Origin: a virus
Lineage: Duplodnaviria > Caudoviricetes
Reading direction: 5' to 3' (one strand)
Length of the DNA: 41,874 bases
IMG/VR virus record: IMGVR_UViG_3300009678_000031
Span: 1-41,874 of that record
This document shows positions 19,316 through 28,698 of the stretch, in pieces (position 1 is the first letter of the stretch; each line of letters opens with the position of its first letter). A model generated the notes under the pieces. It had not been told where the DNA came from and searched no databases. It was given only the letters and a program-made list of their open reading frames with translations. The translations under genes were made by a program, and so were the position numbers.

Positions 19316-19828
19316 CTACTCCAGTTCGAATCCGGGGTTCACGAAGATGTTCGCCAGACTGGAAACCGTGGCGGATGCGCCCCAGCCGACAAACCCAACC
19401 ATCGTGGTCGCGGACGCGATCGTGTTCTGCACAGTCAGCAGTCCTCCGATGCCCGAGCCGATTGACTTCACGAATCCACCCAGCACGCTACCACTGCACA
19501 TAACGCCGGTCGCCTCGCCGTAGGTCTGCATCCACAAATAGGAACCCGTGAGCAGGCTTCCCCCAACAAGCGACGCCGGCGCAATCGTGGTAACGCCGCC
19601 GCAGCGACCACCGGATGCCGCCTGGTCAACACCGTACGCGGTGCCGCCGTCACCACCCAAAATGATTTTACCGGAACCACTCTGGTTGCTGCCGGTGTAG
19701 AGCATCAGGACGTAGCGCCTTCCGTCATGGTTGTAGCGAACCATGCCGAGCGTCGCGTACTCCCCGCCGACGCGATTTATATCCGTAGACACCGCCGTGA
19801 GCGGCGCGTTGTACCAGACGTTTTCCAT
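19316..19828 (-). CDS. Capsid decoration/cement-like protein, paralog 2
   Basis: RBS AAGGAG before ATG 19828; DGRRYVLM and YLWMQTYGEA motifs shared with the upstream gene. Confidence 0.7.
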   Translation of the reverse strand: MENVWYNAPLTAVSTDINRVGGEYATLGMVRYNHDGRRYVLMLYTGSNQSGSGKIILGGDGGTAYGVDQAASGGRCGGVTTIAPASLVGGSLLTGSYLWMQTYGEATGVMCSGSVLGGFVKSIGSGIGGLLTVQNTIASATTMVGFVGWGASATVSSLANIFVNPGFELE

Positions 19829-19842
19829 CTCGAGCTCCTTCG

Positions 19843-19884
19843 AAAGAAAAAGGTGGGTGTGAGGCGGTTGCCCGCCCCACACCC
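19843..19884 (-). terminator. Terminator-like hairpin after the capsid and first decoration gene
   Basis: Minus strand GGGTGTGGGGCGG-GCAA-CCGCCTCACACCC then ACCTTTTTCTTT. Confidence 0.75.
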
Positions 19885-19891
19885 GATCGAC

Positions 19892-20374
19892 CTACCCGAG
19901 ATTCAACACGATCACGCCGTCCGCCGCGGTGATCGCAGCGGCCGCATGACCAATCGGCTGATGAATTTCGGACCCAGCATACGCAGCCACCGTTCCGGTC
20001 GCGGCAAACTTCACCGCGGAACCGACGATGACCGTGCCGTTGACCGTGGCAAGCCCACCGATCTGTCCCCAGAAGTAGTGACTCGCCGGAATGTTGGTTC
20101 CCGCCGTCCCGTTGACCGCAGAGCTTGACTGGGTGGCCCCAACCCCCTGAAAGGTCGTGGTGGTGTAGACCTGCACGGTAACCACGTTATCCGTGCCGAG
20201 TCCCGTTGCTTCCAGCCCGCGGCTGTAGGCAATGGTGCTACCACCATTCTTGAACAAACGGTAACGCTTCCCCGCTGCATCCTCGCGCACATGGCTCGAG
20301 TCGTAACCCGAGCTAATATCCGAGAGAGTCGCAGAGGTCTCGTTGACTGACCGCGTGTACACCATGTTGCTCAT
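19892..20374 (-). CDS. Capsid decoration/cement-like protein, paralog 1 (160 aa)
   Basis: Directly after the major capsid gene; AGKRYRLF and YFWGQIGGLA motifs; Ala/Gly/Thr-rich. Confidence 0.72.
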   Translation of the reverse strand: MSNMVYTRSVNETSATLSDISSGYDSSHVREDAAGKRYRLFKNGGSTIAYSRGLEATGLGTDNVVTVQVYTTTTFQGVGATQSSSAVNGTAGTNIPASHYFWGQIGGLATVNGTVIVGSAVKFAATGTVAAYAGSEIHQPIGHAAAAITAADGVIVLNLG

Positions 20375-20388
20375 GTCTTCACACCCCC

Positions 20389-21414
20389 TTAGTCCGCCGT
20401 CGCGGCGAAGTCAAAGTTGTAACCCACGAAGTGACGCGAAGGATCCCAGGTCACGACGTTCCCCGCCCAGAGGATGTGCGACACCAGCATGTTCTGGTCG
20501 ATCGGCTTCGCCCAGTCTTCCATGCGGAAGTTTTCATCCTCGTGCGTGTAGAACGCGAAGTAGTCCATGTTGAGTCCATAGACGCGGTTCGCGGTCTCGG
20601 TGGCCGACTCGAGGATGCTGCCATCCGCAAGCACCGGCACACCATTGAACGTCGTGCGCCGGAAACCGGCGGTGAGATCATTCTCGTTCGTGAAGATCTG
20701 ATTCGAGATCGTTCCAGACCCAGCCACCGCCACGTGCGAGGCCATGAAGGCGTCGTACGAGCCGTTGCCCATCAAGATGAGCGTCGGGTGGATGTCTGAA
20801 TCATGCGCGAGCGCCCACGCGGACTGGATGTTGCGGTAGGTAGGCCCGTGAGCATTCCCGAGGAATGACTTCACGTTTCCGCTCCACCACGTGTCGGTGT
20901 TCTTGTCGATTTCGCCGTAGGTGGCGGTCACGCCAAGCACACCAACGCCCGAGCCGTCTTGCTGCTCGAGCATGGTGTCCATCGCGTAGATCTCTTTCGT
21001 GGAGTCCGTGCCGGTCCCCTGAAAGAGGTGTCGCGCGAGCATCTGCTCGGCACCGTAGCGCGCAGTGTTCATCTTGGTCTTGATGAGGTCGTGGACCTGA
21101 GCCTCACCATTGATTTCAAGCTGATCCTGGCGCGTGATCGTGATGGGCCAGTCGTAGTAGCGATAGGTCCACTTCGCGAGCGTGGTGTTCTGCTCCCCGC
21201 TCACATCGATGGTCTCTCCGCGTCCGTACGCCTTGCCCTTCGTGTACTGGTAAGCCACCGTCTTCACGATTTTCGAGCCACCCGAGAGAGTCGAGTTTTT
21301 GGCCCTACACATCTTGAGGAACGGCGTCTGATTTCCGAAATTGATCGACACCTTCGGGAGATAATGCTCCCGGGTGAGCGAGGTCAGTTCAGAATATGTC
21401 GGCACCGCTGTCAC
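20389..21414 (-). CDS. Major capsid protein (HK97 fold, podovirus type, 341 aa)
   Basis: GTG start after GGAGG; LSGGSKI, NG..Q..DL...KM, LF.GTG, GF....FNGVPV.AD and YGLN.DY motifs; follows the scaffold gene. Confidence 0.9.
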   Translation of the reverse strand: MTAVPTYSELTSLTREHYLPKVSINFGNQTPFLKMCRAKNSTLSGGSKIVKTVAYQYTKGKAYGRGETIDVSGEQNTTLAKWTYRYYDWPITITRQDQLEINGEAQVHDLIKTKMNTARYGAEQMLARHLFQGTGTDSTKEIYAMDTMLEQQDGSGVGVLGVTATYGEIDKNTDTWWSGNVKSFLGNAHGPTYRNIQSAWALAHDSDIHPTLILMGNGSYDAFMASHVAVAGSGTISNQIFTNENDLTAGFRRTTFNGVPVLADGSILESATETANRVYGLNMDYFAFYTHEDENFRMEDWAKPIDQNMLVSHILWAGNVVTWDPSRHFVGYNFDFAATAD

Positions 21415-21440
21415 CTCCGATTAGAGGTGACGCTGCGAGG

Positions 21441-22232
21441 TTATCCGCCGCCGATTGTCGGCAGGCGCTTCATCCCGCGCTCGCGAATCGCATTCATCGC
21501 CTGGTCATCCCACTCTTTGTCGCTCATCTGTGACGGGGATTTTGGGGCCGCAGACCCGACCGTGTTTCCGGTATTCCCAATCGGGCGGTACACGTTCGAG
21601 TTTTTTTGGATCGCCTCGGTCGCGTTGCGCACGGCCTCCTCGATCTTCATCTTCGTCCATTCATCTCCGTACAGCGCCATCGCATGATCGCGTGGACTCC
21701 CCCAGCCCGTCTCGAGGACGCGCTGGATGATCGCAACCCTACGCTCTTCATTGAGTGGGAAGCCCTGGGACTCGAGATTCGTGAGCTCGGACTCCATTCG
21801 CATCGTCACCACGTCAGTTTTGAGTTGTCCAAGTTCACGTTGAACCGGATCAATCGCTGACGTCAGTCGCGAGGGCTCCATTGAGCGGTATCCCGGTGAC
21901 GGTGCATCCTCGTAGTGAGAACGGATCGCGTCATCGAGGCGTTGCCGAAGGATCTCGTCTTGGTCAGTCGCGTCCAGTAATGGCTTCACACGCGCGAAAT
22001 CCTGTTTCACGCTGTGAAGTTCTTGACCCTGCTTCGATAGGGTCTGCCGCATGTTCCTCGCCTGATCGACGAAGTTGTCCAAATCCCATGCGGGATCAAT
22101 CTCCTTCAACCGAGCAGCGTATGCCGCGGAATCGAAGGGTGCCGGCGCATCAGCGGCGGGCGTTGTCGCCGGCGCTGCGCTACCGTCAGCCAACGGAGTC
22201 GCAGGATTCTGCTTGTCTGGAGTGAAATCCAT
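21441..22232 (-). CDS. Capsid scaffolding protein (263 aa)
   Basis: Pro/Ala-rich N-terminus, coiled coil with KQGQEL, C-terminal helix; between portal and capsid genes. Confidence 0.72.
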   Translation of the reverse strand: MDFTPDKQNPATPLADGSAAPATTPAADAPAPFDSAAYAARLKEIDPAWDLDNFVDQARNMRQTLSKQGQELHSVKQDFARVKPLLDATDQDEILRQRLDDAIRSHYEDAPSPGYRSMEPSRLTSAIDPVQRELGQLKTDVVTMRMESELTNLESQGFPLNEERRVAIIQRVLETGWGSPRDHAMALYGDEWTKMKIEEAVRNATEAIQKNSNVYRPIGNTGNTVGSAAPKSPSQMSDKEWDDQAMNAIRERGMKRLPTIGGG

Positions 22233-22256
22233 GATGTCCTTTCAGGTTTCGATGTG

Positions 22257-22706
22257 TTAACGGATGCCGCGGAAGTTCGTCGCTCCCTGCGCCATCATAT
22301 TCCCGGCCGGTAGCATGCCTGTTCCCGGCCCGGAGGGCGGGCCCTGGGGTGCCGACATCGACGGCATTCCCTGCCCACCACCACCTTGCTCCATAAACGG
22401 GGCGGCGAGCCCCTTGAGTGTCTCGATGAACTGAAGCACCGCATCGCTGTCCTGTTGTGTCCAGCCGTTCATGTTCACGTAGTCCGTGATCTCGGCGGTT
22501 GTGCGCGCGAGCGACGAACCAATACTGCCCGGTGAACCCGGAGACGCCCCCGCACCCGGGCCACCGGGACTTACTCCCGCAGGTGCGGTAGCCGCTCCGC
22601 CCCGCTGGAGCATGTTGAGTGCGGCAGCGCGCGTGGGGTCGTTTCCTCCCGATAAGTTCGGGCCCTGTATCCCGCCACCACCGATGCCACTGCCGTTGTT
22701 CATCAT
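22257..22706 (-). CDS. Gly/Pro-rich low-complexity protein (149 aa)
   Basis: ATGA coupling with the portal stop; a helical core flanked by G/P-rich arms. Confidence 0.7.
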   Translation of the reverse strand: MMNNGSGIGGGGIQGPNLSGGNDPTRAAALNMLQRGGAATAPAGVSPGGPGAGASPGSPGSIGSSLARTTAEITDYVNMNGWTQQDSDAVLQFIETLKGLAAPFMEQGGGGQGMPSMSAPQGPPSGPGTGMLPAGNMMAQGATNFRGIR

Positions 22707-24430
22707 TCTGGTGCCCCCTCTCCGCCGACAACCTGGAGGTTGGGCGGTTGATACGTTTGCGGCGAGCTCAAGATCTGCTCGATTTTTGCGAGCAGCTCAT
22801 CCTTCTCGGGGATGTCGCTCTGCTCGACGATGTAGTGGAACATAACGGCCTGAAGCGGGGACTGAATCGTCGCTGCGCGGTCGAAAAGTGAAAAGAGGTA
22901 CTGTTCAGTTGAACGCCGGCTAGCCGGCAAGTTCAGCCCCGCTGTCACCGTGTAGTTGAACATCTCTGGGTGAACACCCTTGAGATTCTCGTTCATCGGG
23001 TAGTGAACGCCCTGCTCGTTGAACATCCCGAGGTAGAGAGTTTGTAGGCGCGCGAGTTCCGCGATCGCCGCTTCGAACGTGTAGGTCTTGAGTTTCAGCC
23101 GGCCCTTTTTCGCCTCATCGACGATTTCAAAGGCGTAGCCAGAGCGAATTTCACTGTTTGAATTCGCACTCGCCTCCGGGTAGCCGGAGATGCGATCGAA
23201 GTCCTCACGTGTGGTGTTCCCAAGTTCGAAGAGCGCCGGGGGTACTTGCGCGGCGCGGATCTCTTTCATTTGCGTCGGGTCAGGAATGCCGATGTATCTC
23301 TCGGCTGGGTCGTTGGAGATTGTGGTGGGATCGAGCCCCGAGCGCTCCCCGTAGAACACCTTGTCGCCGCCGATTGCGGCGTTCACGCTATCGACCTGCT
23401 GATTGTGCTGGGTGTCGTAAATGTCCTGGATCGGGATTAGCTGATCGCAGTCACCCTGTGGCCACTCCTGGCCGTCATGGACGTTTATCATTTCGACGTA
23501 CGGAAACTGGGGGAATGGATTGGGTAGATCCTCGAGGATCATGTGGCCGGCCCAGCGAATCATGCGCCCGGTCGGGTAGGCGGCGAAGTGGCGCTTCCTC
23601 TTCTTGTAGGATTTTCTCCCCTTGTCGTTCACCTCAGTGACCCAGCCGTAGCGCTCCATCGTCGTGTCGTCGTTCATCCACATCTCGGCGAGAATCACCG
23701 AGGTGGGGGTCGGATTGCCACGCTCACGGTAATACATGGTCAGTCCCGTTCCGTCCGTGCGCAGACCTTCCGACCCCGGCTCCGGGTTGATGGTAGTCCC
23801 GTTGCCACTGCCGAATTCGGCAGACCCACCCCTCGGTGTAAACAGCCTGATAATCTCGTCTTTGCGCTCTGGATACGCCTGGCAGAGCGTCATCTTGTCC
23901 ACAGTGTAGAGCTGGATCAAAAACTGGCCGTCGGTCGAGCGGTCCTTCCCGGGCATAGGGTACATATCCGGCGTCTTCGGGATCTCGATCCGCATATTGC
24001 CGATCCCGCGGTCCATCCGCCCGTCCCAGGTTAGCTTAAACCAGGCTTTTCCATAGACATAGGAGTTGAAGAAGATCTCTTCCTGACGCTCGGAAAACGC
24101 ATTGGCGAGCCAGTTCTGATTGATTTTCCGTTCTATCGAATTGGCGATCTCGTCGTGGATGTATTCGCGACCAGACATGGAGAGGCGCGGGATGTCGCGC
24201 ATGAGAACGGCCAAACTCTGTAAGTAATTGGCCCAAATGAGGTTGGTTTTAGTGTCGGCCTTCCAATGATCGTCGTCTGCGCGATTTTTTCCCGGGAACC
24301 TGGTCTGTTCGCCGCGCATATACTTGATCGCCTTCTCCCAACGATCCCCAATCTTCTTTTTTCGGTGCTCCTGCGCGTCCGCGAGCATCGAATAGAGGAT
24401 TTCGATGTCTTTCGGGGCTTCCGCGCTCAT
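22703..24430 (-). CDS. Portal protein (P22-like podovirus type, 575 aa)
   Basis: Size and synteny; TNLIWAN, VYGKAWFK, YPTGR.I, FPYV, LIPIQD and ISG...RSG motifs. Confidence 0.88.
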   Translation of the reverse strand: MSAEAPKDIEILYSMLADAQEHRKKKIGDRWEKAIKYMRGEQTRFPGKNRADDDHWKADTKTNLIWANYLQSLAVLMRDIPRLSMSGREYIHDEIANSIERKINQNWLANAFSERQEEIFFNSYVYGKAWFKLTWDGRMDRGIGNMRIEIPKTPDMYPMPGKDRSTDGQFLIQLYTVDKMTLCQAYPERKDEIIRLFTPRGGSAEFGSGNGTTINPEPGSEGLRTDGTGLTMYYRERGNPTPTSVILAEMWMNDDTTMERYGWVTEVNDKGRKSYKKRKRHFAAYPTGRMIRWAGHMILEDLPNPFPQFPYVEMINVHDGQEWPQGDCDQLIPIQDIYDTQHNQQVDSVNAAIGGDKVFYGERSGLDPTTISNDPAERYIGIPDPTQMKEIRAAQVPPALFELGNTTREDFDRISGYPEASANSNSEIRSGYAFEIVDEAKKGRLKLKTYTFEAAIAELARLQTLYLGMFNEQGVHYPMNENLKGVHPEMFNYTVTAGLNLPASRRSTEQYLFSLFDRAATIQSPLQAVMFHYIVEQSDIPEKDELLAKIEQILSSPQTYQPPNLQVVGGEGAPE

Positions 24431-24864
24431 ACCGCCGCCTCGCGGATCGTTTTCGCTTCCTCGTCCGTGATGATCCGGCCCTGGCCGGGATCGTCATCGA
24501 CCGCGCGGCCTTCGCGCGCGCGTATTTTCGCGAGCGCCGCCTTCATGCTCTCGACCGTGAGCCCGTCGTCGGGAGCCTGGGGCACATCGTGCTTGGAAAT
24601 CGTGTCTTTGTACTCGCGCGTGGAGACGTCGATGACGTTGTGCTCCTTCGCGAGGCGTTTGATGTGTCCAGGAGAGGTCACTTCACACCCAAAGGAAGGG
24701 TGGTAGTGGGGAGTAAATCGTTTGGTTGTTGGAGGATAGGGAAAATACTGGTGGGCAGGAGTGCCGCAACGACACATCTCACTCGAACGGTCTGCGATCG
24801 AATGGAAGGCTTCCCAGCGAAGGTCACACGTGTGACATTCATAGTCGTATAACGGCACACCCAC
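24427..24864 (-). CDS. FmdB-family zinc-ribbon protein
   Basis: PLYDYECHTC...CRCG signature; common position between terminase and portal. Confidence 0.85.
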   Translation of the reverse strand: MGVPLYDYECHTCDLRWEAFHSIADRSSEMCRCGTPAHQYFPYPPTTKRFTPHYHPSFGCEVTSPGHIKRLAKEHNVIDVSTREYKDTISKHDVPQAPDDGLTVESMKAALAKIRAREGRAVDDDPGQGRIITDEEAKTIREAAV

Positions 24865-24908
24865 CCCACCAGTTGCACAGTCCAGTGTTTCGTACCCCTA
24901 CGGGTTGG

Positions 24909-24956
24909 GTTATAGGGCCCAATTGACAGACCGTCAAGGAAAAATCTGTATTTTTC
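24909..24956 (-). promoter_or_regulatory. Sigma70-type promoter for the portal/capsid operon with an overlapping palindrome
   Basis: Minus strand TTGACG (24937-24932), 17 nt, TATAAC (24914-24909); TTGAC-N5-GTCAA palindrome over the -35; A/T tracts upstream. Confidence 0.78.
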
Positions 24957-24967
24957 GTAAAATTTTC

Positions 24968-26722
24968 CTAGTAGGCGTTTGTCCACTTCTTTCGTCGGAC
25001 TTTTCCGAGCTTGCCACTCATCAGATCATCGATGTGCTTTGTGCTCCAGGGTGTCGCCTCGGTCTCGGGAGAGATTTCGCGCGGCGCGTAGGGTGCCGTC
25101 TTGATCGCATTCACGATGCCGTCGAGTCCATCGAGGGTGGTGGAGCGCGGGAACTGGAAGAACTCATCCTCGAGCCAGTCGAGCCCGCGCATCGAGAAGA
25201 ACTTGTGTGAGCGGACGAGCCCCTCGAGCGCGCCCTCGATCCGCTTTTTCTTGTTCACGGACCCCTCTTCGTCGTAATGCGAGAGCCAGTGCCAGGGCAG
25301 CATCAACTTAGTTTCGAATGACTTCCGGTCGAGCTCTTCCTGGAGGTACTTCTTGTCCACGACCTGCATACCGATCCCGACCGGCTTGTAAACTAGGTAC
25401 TGGCGGAAGATCTCCTGGACCAATTCGAGCCGACCGCACTGCTCGCGGAAGATGTCCATTAGGTACCAATTCCACCCCGCGTCCATACACATCGTGACGA
25501 CGACAGAATGAGCCTTCGATGAGGCATCGCCGGCGCGGATTCGGTCGGCAGACACCCATGCGGGATCCACGCCCATCAGAAACCAGTGCCCGCGGTGCTG
25601 CAGCGCCTCGTCGATCTCCTGGGTGCGGTAGCGCATATCCTTCGGCGAGAACCGCTTCGTCCCCTCGGGCATCGGGTCGAGCATGTACTGGCAGGCGTAG
25701 ACGAAGTTCCCGGAGTGCGCGCGCTTCTCATTGAGCACCGCGCGCGTGAAGCGGGTTGGGAATGTCGGCCCCTTCTCATCCTCGGCCGGCATCACCAGCT
25801 CGGCGAAGTGGGTCGCGTGGTCCGAGCGCTTCTTTCCGATCTGCATGATGCGCGCGTAGATGTCGTCGTAGTGCCAGCGCGTGCCGGCCATCACGAGCTC
25901 GCCACCTGGGTCGAGCAGTGAATGCAGGAGCGAGTAGAGTTCCCAGCTCTTGTCGAGCTGCTCAGTCGAGAACGCGGACGCGTACGCCTGGAGATCGTCC
26001 GCAATGATGATGTTGAAGTGGAATCCCGTGCGCTCCGCGCCGAGCGCGATCGTGAACACGGTTGGGTCTTTTAACCCCATGTCCGACTGGAACGCGGACG
26101 TGAAGCTCGTGTTCGACCAGTCCTTGCGTCCGTCCGGTCGGTGATCGCCGAAGCGTTTAATGAACCGCTGCGACTCGAGCACCGAGCGCACCGCGCGACA
26201 GTGCGCGGTCGCGAGCGGCATGCGTTCGGAGGCAAGCCCAATACGGATCGGCACCTCGCCGTCGTTCTCCATCCAGGACTGTGCGATCAACCAGGCTGGA
26301 TAGGCGATCGACGTCAGTGAGGACTTGAAACTCCCGCGAAACGCGAGCAGCATGCGGAACGGGTGCGCGTACTCACCGGCCCCCGCGACGAACTTTCCCA
26401 TCTTTCCATGAAACCCGATGTCGAGATCGCGATACCCCACGATGTCGCGCGCAAAGTGGATAAATCCATCGGGTTGCACGTACGCCCAGGAAAGCGCGTG
26501 TGCGGAAAGCTCTACATAATTCTCACTAAGAAGCTCCTGGGAAAGTTTGTAAAAATTCGCGTAAGTAGACTTGAATTTGCGCTTGTCGAACTCCGGGAGG
26601 ACCACTAAAGTAGCGGCCAACAGCGCCTCTTTGCTGAGTGGTTTCCCGGATAGCGAAGGTAAGTCATTGACCACACTTGATTTTTGCTCGCGCGCCGTCT
26701 TGGTTGCTGCCCTTCTCGTCAT
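24968..26722 (-). CDS. terL: Terminase large subunit (584 aa)
   Basis: Walker A-like LLAFRGSFKSS, Walker B IIIADD, coupling motif AGTRWHYDD, nuclease GVDPA and C-terminal FP....DGLD. Confidence 0.93.
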   Translation of the reverse strand: MTRRAATKTAREQKSSVVNDLPSLSGKPLSKEALLAATLVVLPEFDKRKFKSTYANFYKLSQELLSENYVELSAHALSWAYVQPDGFIHFARDIVGYRDLDIGFHGKMGKFVAGAGEYAHPFRMLLAFRGSFKSSLTSIAYPAWLIAQSWMENDGEVPIRIGLASERMPLATAHCRAVRSVLESQRFIKRFGDHRPDGRKDWSNTSFTSAFQSDMGLKDPTVFTIALGAERTGFHFNIIIADDLQAYASAFSTEQLDKSWELYSLLHSLLDPGGELVMAGTRWHYDDIYARIMQIGKKRSDHATHFAELVMPAEDEKGPTFPTRFTRAVLNEKRAHSGNFVYACQYMLDPMPEGTKRFSPKDMRYRTQEIDEALQHRGHWFLMGVDPAWVSADRIRAGDASSKAHSVVVTMCMDAGWNWYLMDIFREQCGRLELVQEIFRQYLVYKPVGIGMQVVDKKYLQEELDRKSFETKLMLPWHWLSHYDEEGSVNKKKRIEGALEGLVRSHKFFSMRGLDWLEDEFFQFPRSTTLDGLDGIVNAIKTAPYAPREISPETEATPWSTKHIDDLMSGKLGKVRRKKWTNAY

Positions 26723-26912
26723 CGTTCCCTTTATCCTTCTCCGCTACGTGCTGCCGATCTGGGATCGGCGCACAGCAGATGCGCAGGCATGGGCGGAACG
26801 GGAACGAGCGCGGGTAAAAGAGGCCGCCGCACTCAAACGTGACCAGCGATAAATAGCAGGCGGGGACTCCCCCATCAGGGAGCCCCCACAGAGTCAAAAG
26901 GATGGCGTTTCG

Positions 26913-27728
26913 ATGGGTCCAACCTATGTCTCTAATGACGAAGTTTCGAGTAAACAACCCGAGAAGTCAACCCCTGATCTTTCTGGGCTGAAGCTCCCCT
27001 ACCTCTCCCTTGACATGATTGCCCGGTTCGGGCCCCCGCGTCTCCCCTGGCTTTTGGAGCCGTGGGTCGCGAAGGGTGACATCCTGCTTTTGGCCGGTGA
27101 AGCGGGGATCGGGAAATCCACGCTCTCCGCGTCGCTCGCGGTGGCGCTCGCCTCGGGCACCCCGTGGCTCGGCTGCTCGAACAACAATGAGCCTGGGCAC
27201 GTGCTCTACTTCGATGAAGAGGCCGGCCCCGAGGAAACCGCGCGGCTGTTCCTCAAGTTCGGCGGGAATGGGATTCCCCACCTGCACGTGTCGAGCTGCG
27301 GCGGGATCTCGCTCTCGAACCCCGCGACCCTGATCGCGCTCGAAGAGGAGATCTCCGCCGTCCGGCCGGTGGCCGTGTTTTTCGACACGGTGACCCAGTG
27401 CTTTGGACTCAAGGACGAGAACAGTGCGATCGAGGTGGCCGAGCGCTTCGCCACCCTGATCCGCTGGCGCAAGCACTACGGCACCTCGTTTATCATCCTG
27501 CACCACCTGCGCAAAGCCCAGTATGGACGACAGCACAACGCAATGGACCGGATCCGCGGCTCGAGTGTATTCTCGACCCAGGCGTCGGTCGTGTGGAGTG
27601 CAGAGCGCCGCGATGATGATTCCCCAATGGAGCTCACCGTCGTCAAGCGCCGCGGCAGCTCAAGGAAGGGCCGGGCAACCGTCCGCTACCACGAAGAAGA
27701 CGAGAAAATCCTGCTGTACCGCAGTTAA
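26913..27728 (+). CDS. RepA/AAA_25-type (SF4-like) helicase ATPase, stand-alone (271 aa)
   Basis: WLLEPWV, Walker A GEAGIGKS, VLYFDEE, VFFDT, IILHHLRK and RIRGSS motifs. Confidence 0.88.
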   Translation: MGPTYVSNDEVSSKQPEKSTPDLSGLKLPYLSLDMIARFGPPRLPWLLEPWVAKGDILLLAGEAGIGKSTLSASLAVALASGTPWLGCSNNNEPGHVLYFDEEAGPEETARLFLKFGGNGIPHLHVSSCGGISLSNPATLIALEEEISAVRPVAVFFDTVTQCFGLKDENSAIEVAERFATLIRWRKHYGTSFIILHHLRKAQYGRQHNAMDRIRGSSVFSTQASVVWSAERRDDDSPMELTVVKRRGSSRKGRATVRYHEEDEKILLYRS

Positions 27729-27797
27729 AATAGTTGCACCTTTTGGGTATGGATGAGACCTTGTTTCTCGGTCAGTCCACAAACCCGAAAGGACAAC

Positions 27798-28037
27798 ATG
27801 GACATCAATAGCGTACAGTGGTTTGAGGATGTGCCGGCGGCCGACCGGAAGACCAAGATCGCCGAGTTCGTCGAGATCTTGAAAACGAAACCCGGCACGT
27901 GGGCACTCTACAGCCATGAATACAAGAATGGCGCATCCGCCAACTCGTTCAAAAAGCGCTACCCCGGTACCGAGTGGAAATCGCGTCGGAACGACGACAA
28001 GAAAACCTACTCGCTCTACGCGCGGTACGTTGGATAA
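27798..28037 (+). CDS. Small phage protein, PG.WA family, paralog 1 (79 aa)
   Basis: RBS AAAGGA before ATG 27798; KPGTWALY and LYARYVG motifs. Confidence 0.78.
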   Translation: MDINSVQWFEDVPAADRKTKIAEFVEILKTKPGTWALYSHEYKNGASANSFKKRYPGTEWKSRRNDDKKTYSLYARYVG

Positions 28038-28038
28038 T

Positions 28039-28127
28039 AGCCGGGCACAACGCGGGGCTGAAATCCCCGCAAGCGCGAGAGAAACCGGCTTATTTAACCC
28101 CGGGGGGCTCTTACCCCCCTGGGGTTA
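28039..28127 (+). other. Intergenic structured element (enclosing stem with inner hairpin, then a long GC hairpin)
   Basis: AGCCGG/CCGGCT encloses GCGGGG-CTGAAAT-CCCCGC; then TAACCCCGGGGGG...CCCCCCTGGGGTTA. Confidence 0.55.
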
Positions 28128-28146
28128 TAACAACGCTCCATTCAGC

Positions 28147-28698
28147 GTGTCGAACTTAACAAAAGAGCTCAAGCAGTACGACAGCTGGAAGACGTACACC
28201 TCGACGATGACTGCCGACCCAGGATTCTACGACGCGATGAAAAAGTCGGTCGAAGCCGCAAACGAGCGCCATGTCCTCTGGTTGTCGGACTCTCTGTTTC
28301 TGTATGGCCCGGGCCAGACGTACTCATGGGACTCAAAAAAGGAGAATCCGGTGAGTTGGAAAGTGAAGTGGAAGCGCCGGCTCTGCCGGCATCGTTACTA
28401 CTACGGGGAATCAGCCTGTAGGAAGTGCCGCGCCGTGAATTACACGCGCGGATTGGACATGAAAAAGGAGGAGATTCACGCCATGCCGTTATTCGAAGTA
28501 GCCGCAGTGAAGATGGGGGTTCGCTCCATCGAGAAGAATGAAACGCGCCACGACGAACTGTTGATCGCGCCCGAGGCGATCGTCGCGGTGGACGCCGAGC
28601 AGGCGAAGTCCGCGTTCGCGATCAAGCACGCGGACGTCTTGAAGGCGACCCCAACGCAGGAGCTTCTGTTGCTGGTGCGCCCTTTCTCTGTGAGGTAG
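28147..28698 (+). CDS. Hypothetical ORF with nested in-frame starts (GTG 28147, GTG 28351, ATG 28483)
   Basis: One open frame; strong RBSs precede 28351 and 28483. The last 71 aa (MPLFEVA...LVRPF) look like a self-contained small phage protein. Confidence 0.6.
   Translation: MSNLTKELKQYDSWKTYTSTMTADPGFYDAMKKSVEAANERHVLWLSDSLFLYGPGQTYSWDSKKENPVSWKVKWKRRLCRHRYYYGESACRKCRAVNYTRGLDMKKEEIHAMPLFEVAAVKMGVRSIEKNETRHDELLIAPEAIVAVDAEQAKSAFAIKHADVLKATPTQELLLLVRPFSVR

Noticed and set aside
26571-26957. ORFs 26571-26852 (+) and 26664-26957 (-) as small terminase or membrane protein
   Set aside because: They overlap terL or the helicase start, have no recognisable motif and no convincing RBS.
28039-28095. 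Hammerhead ribozyme (CTGA...GAAA)
   Set aside because: The core reads CUGAAAU rather than CUGANGA and the three stems cannot be arranged correctly.
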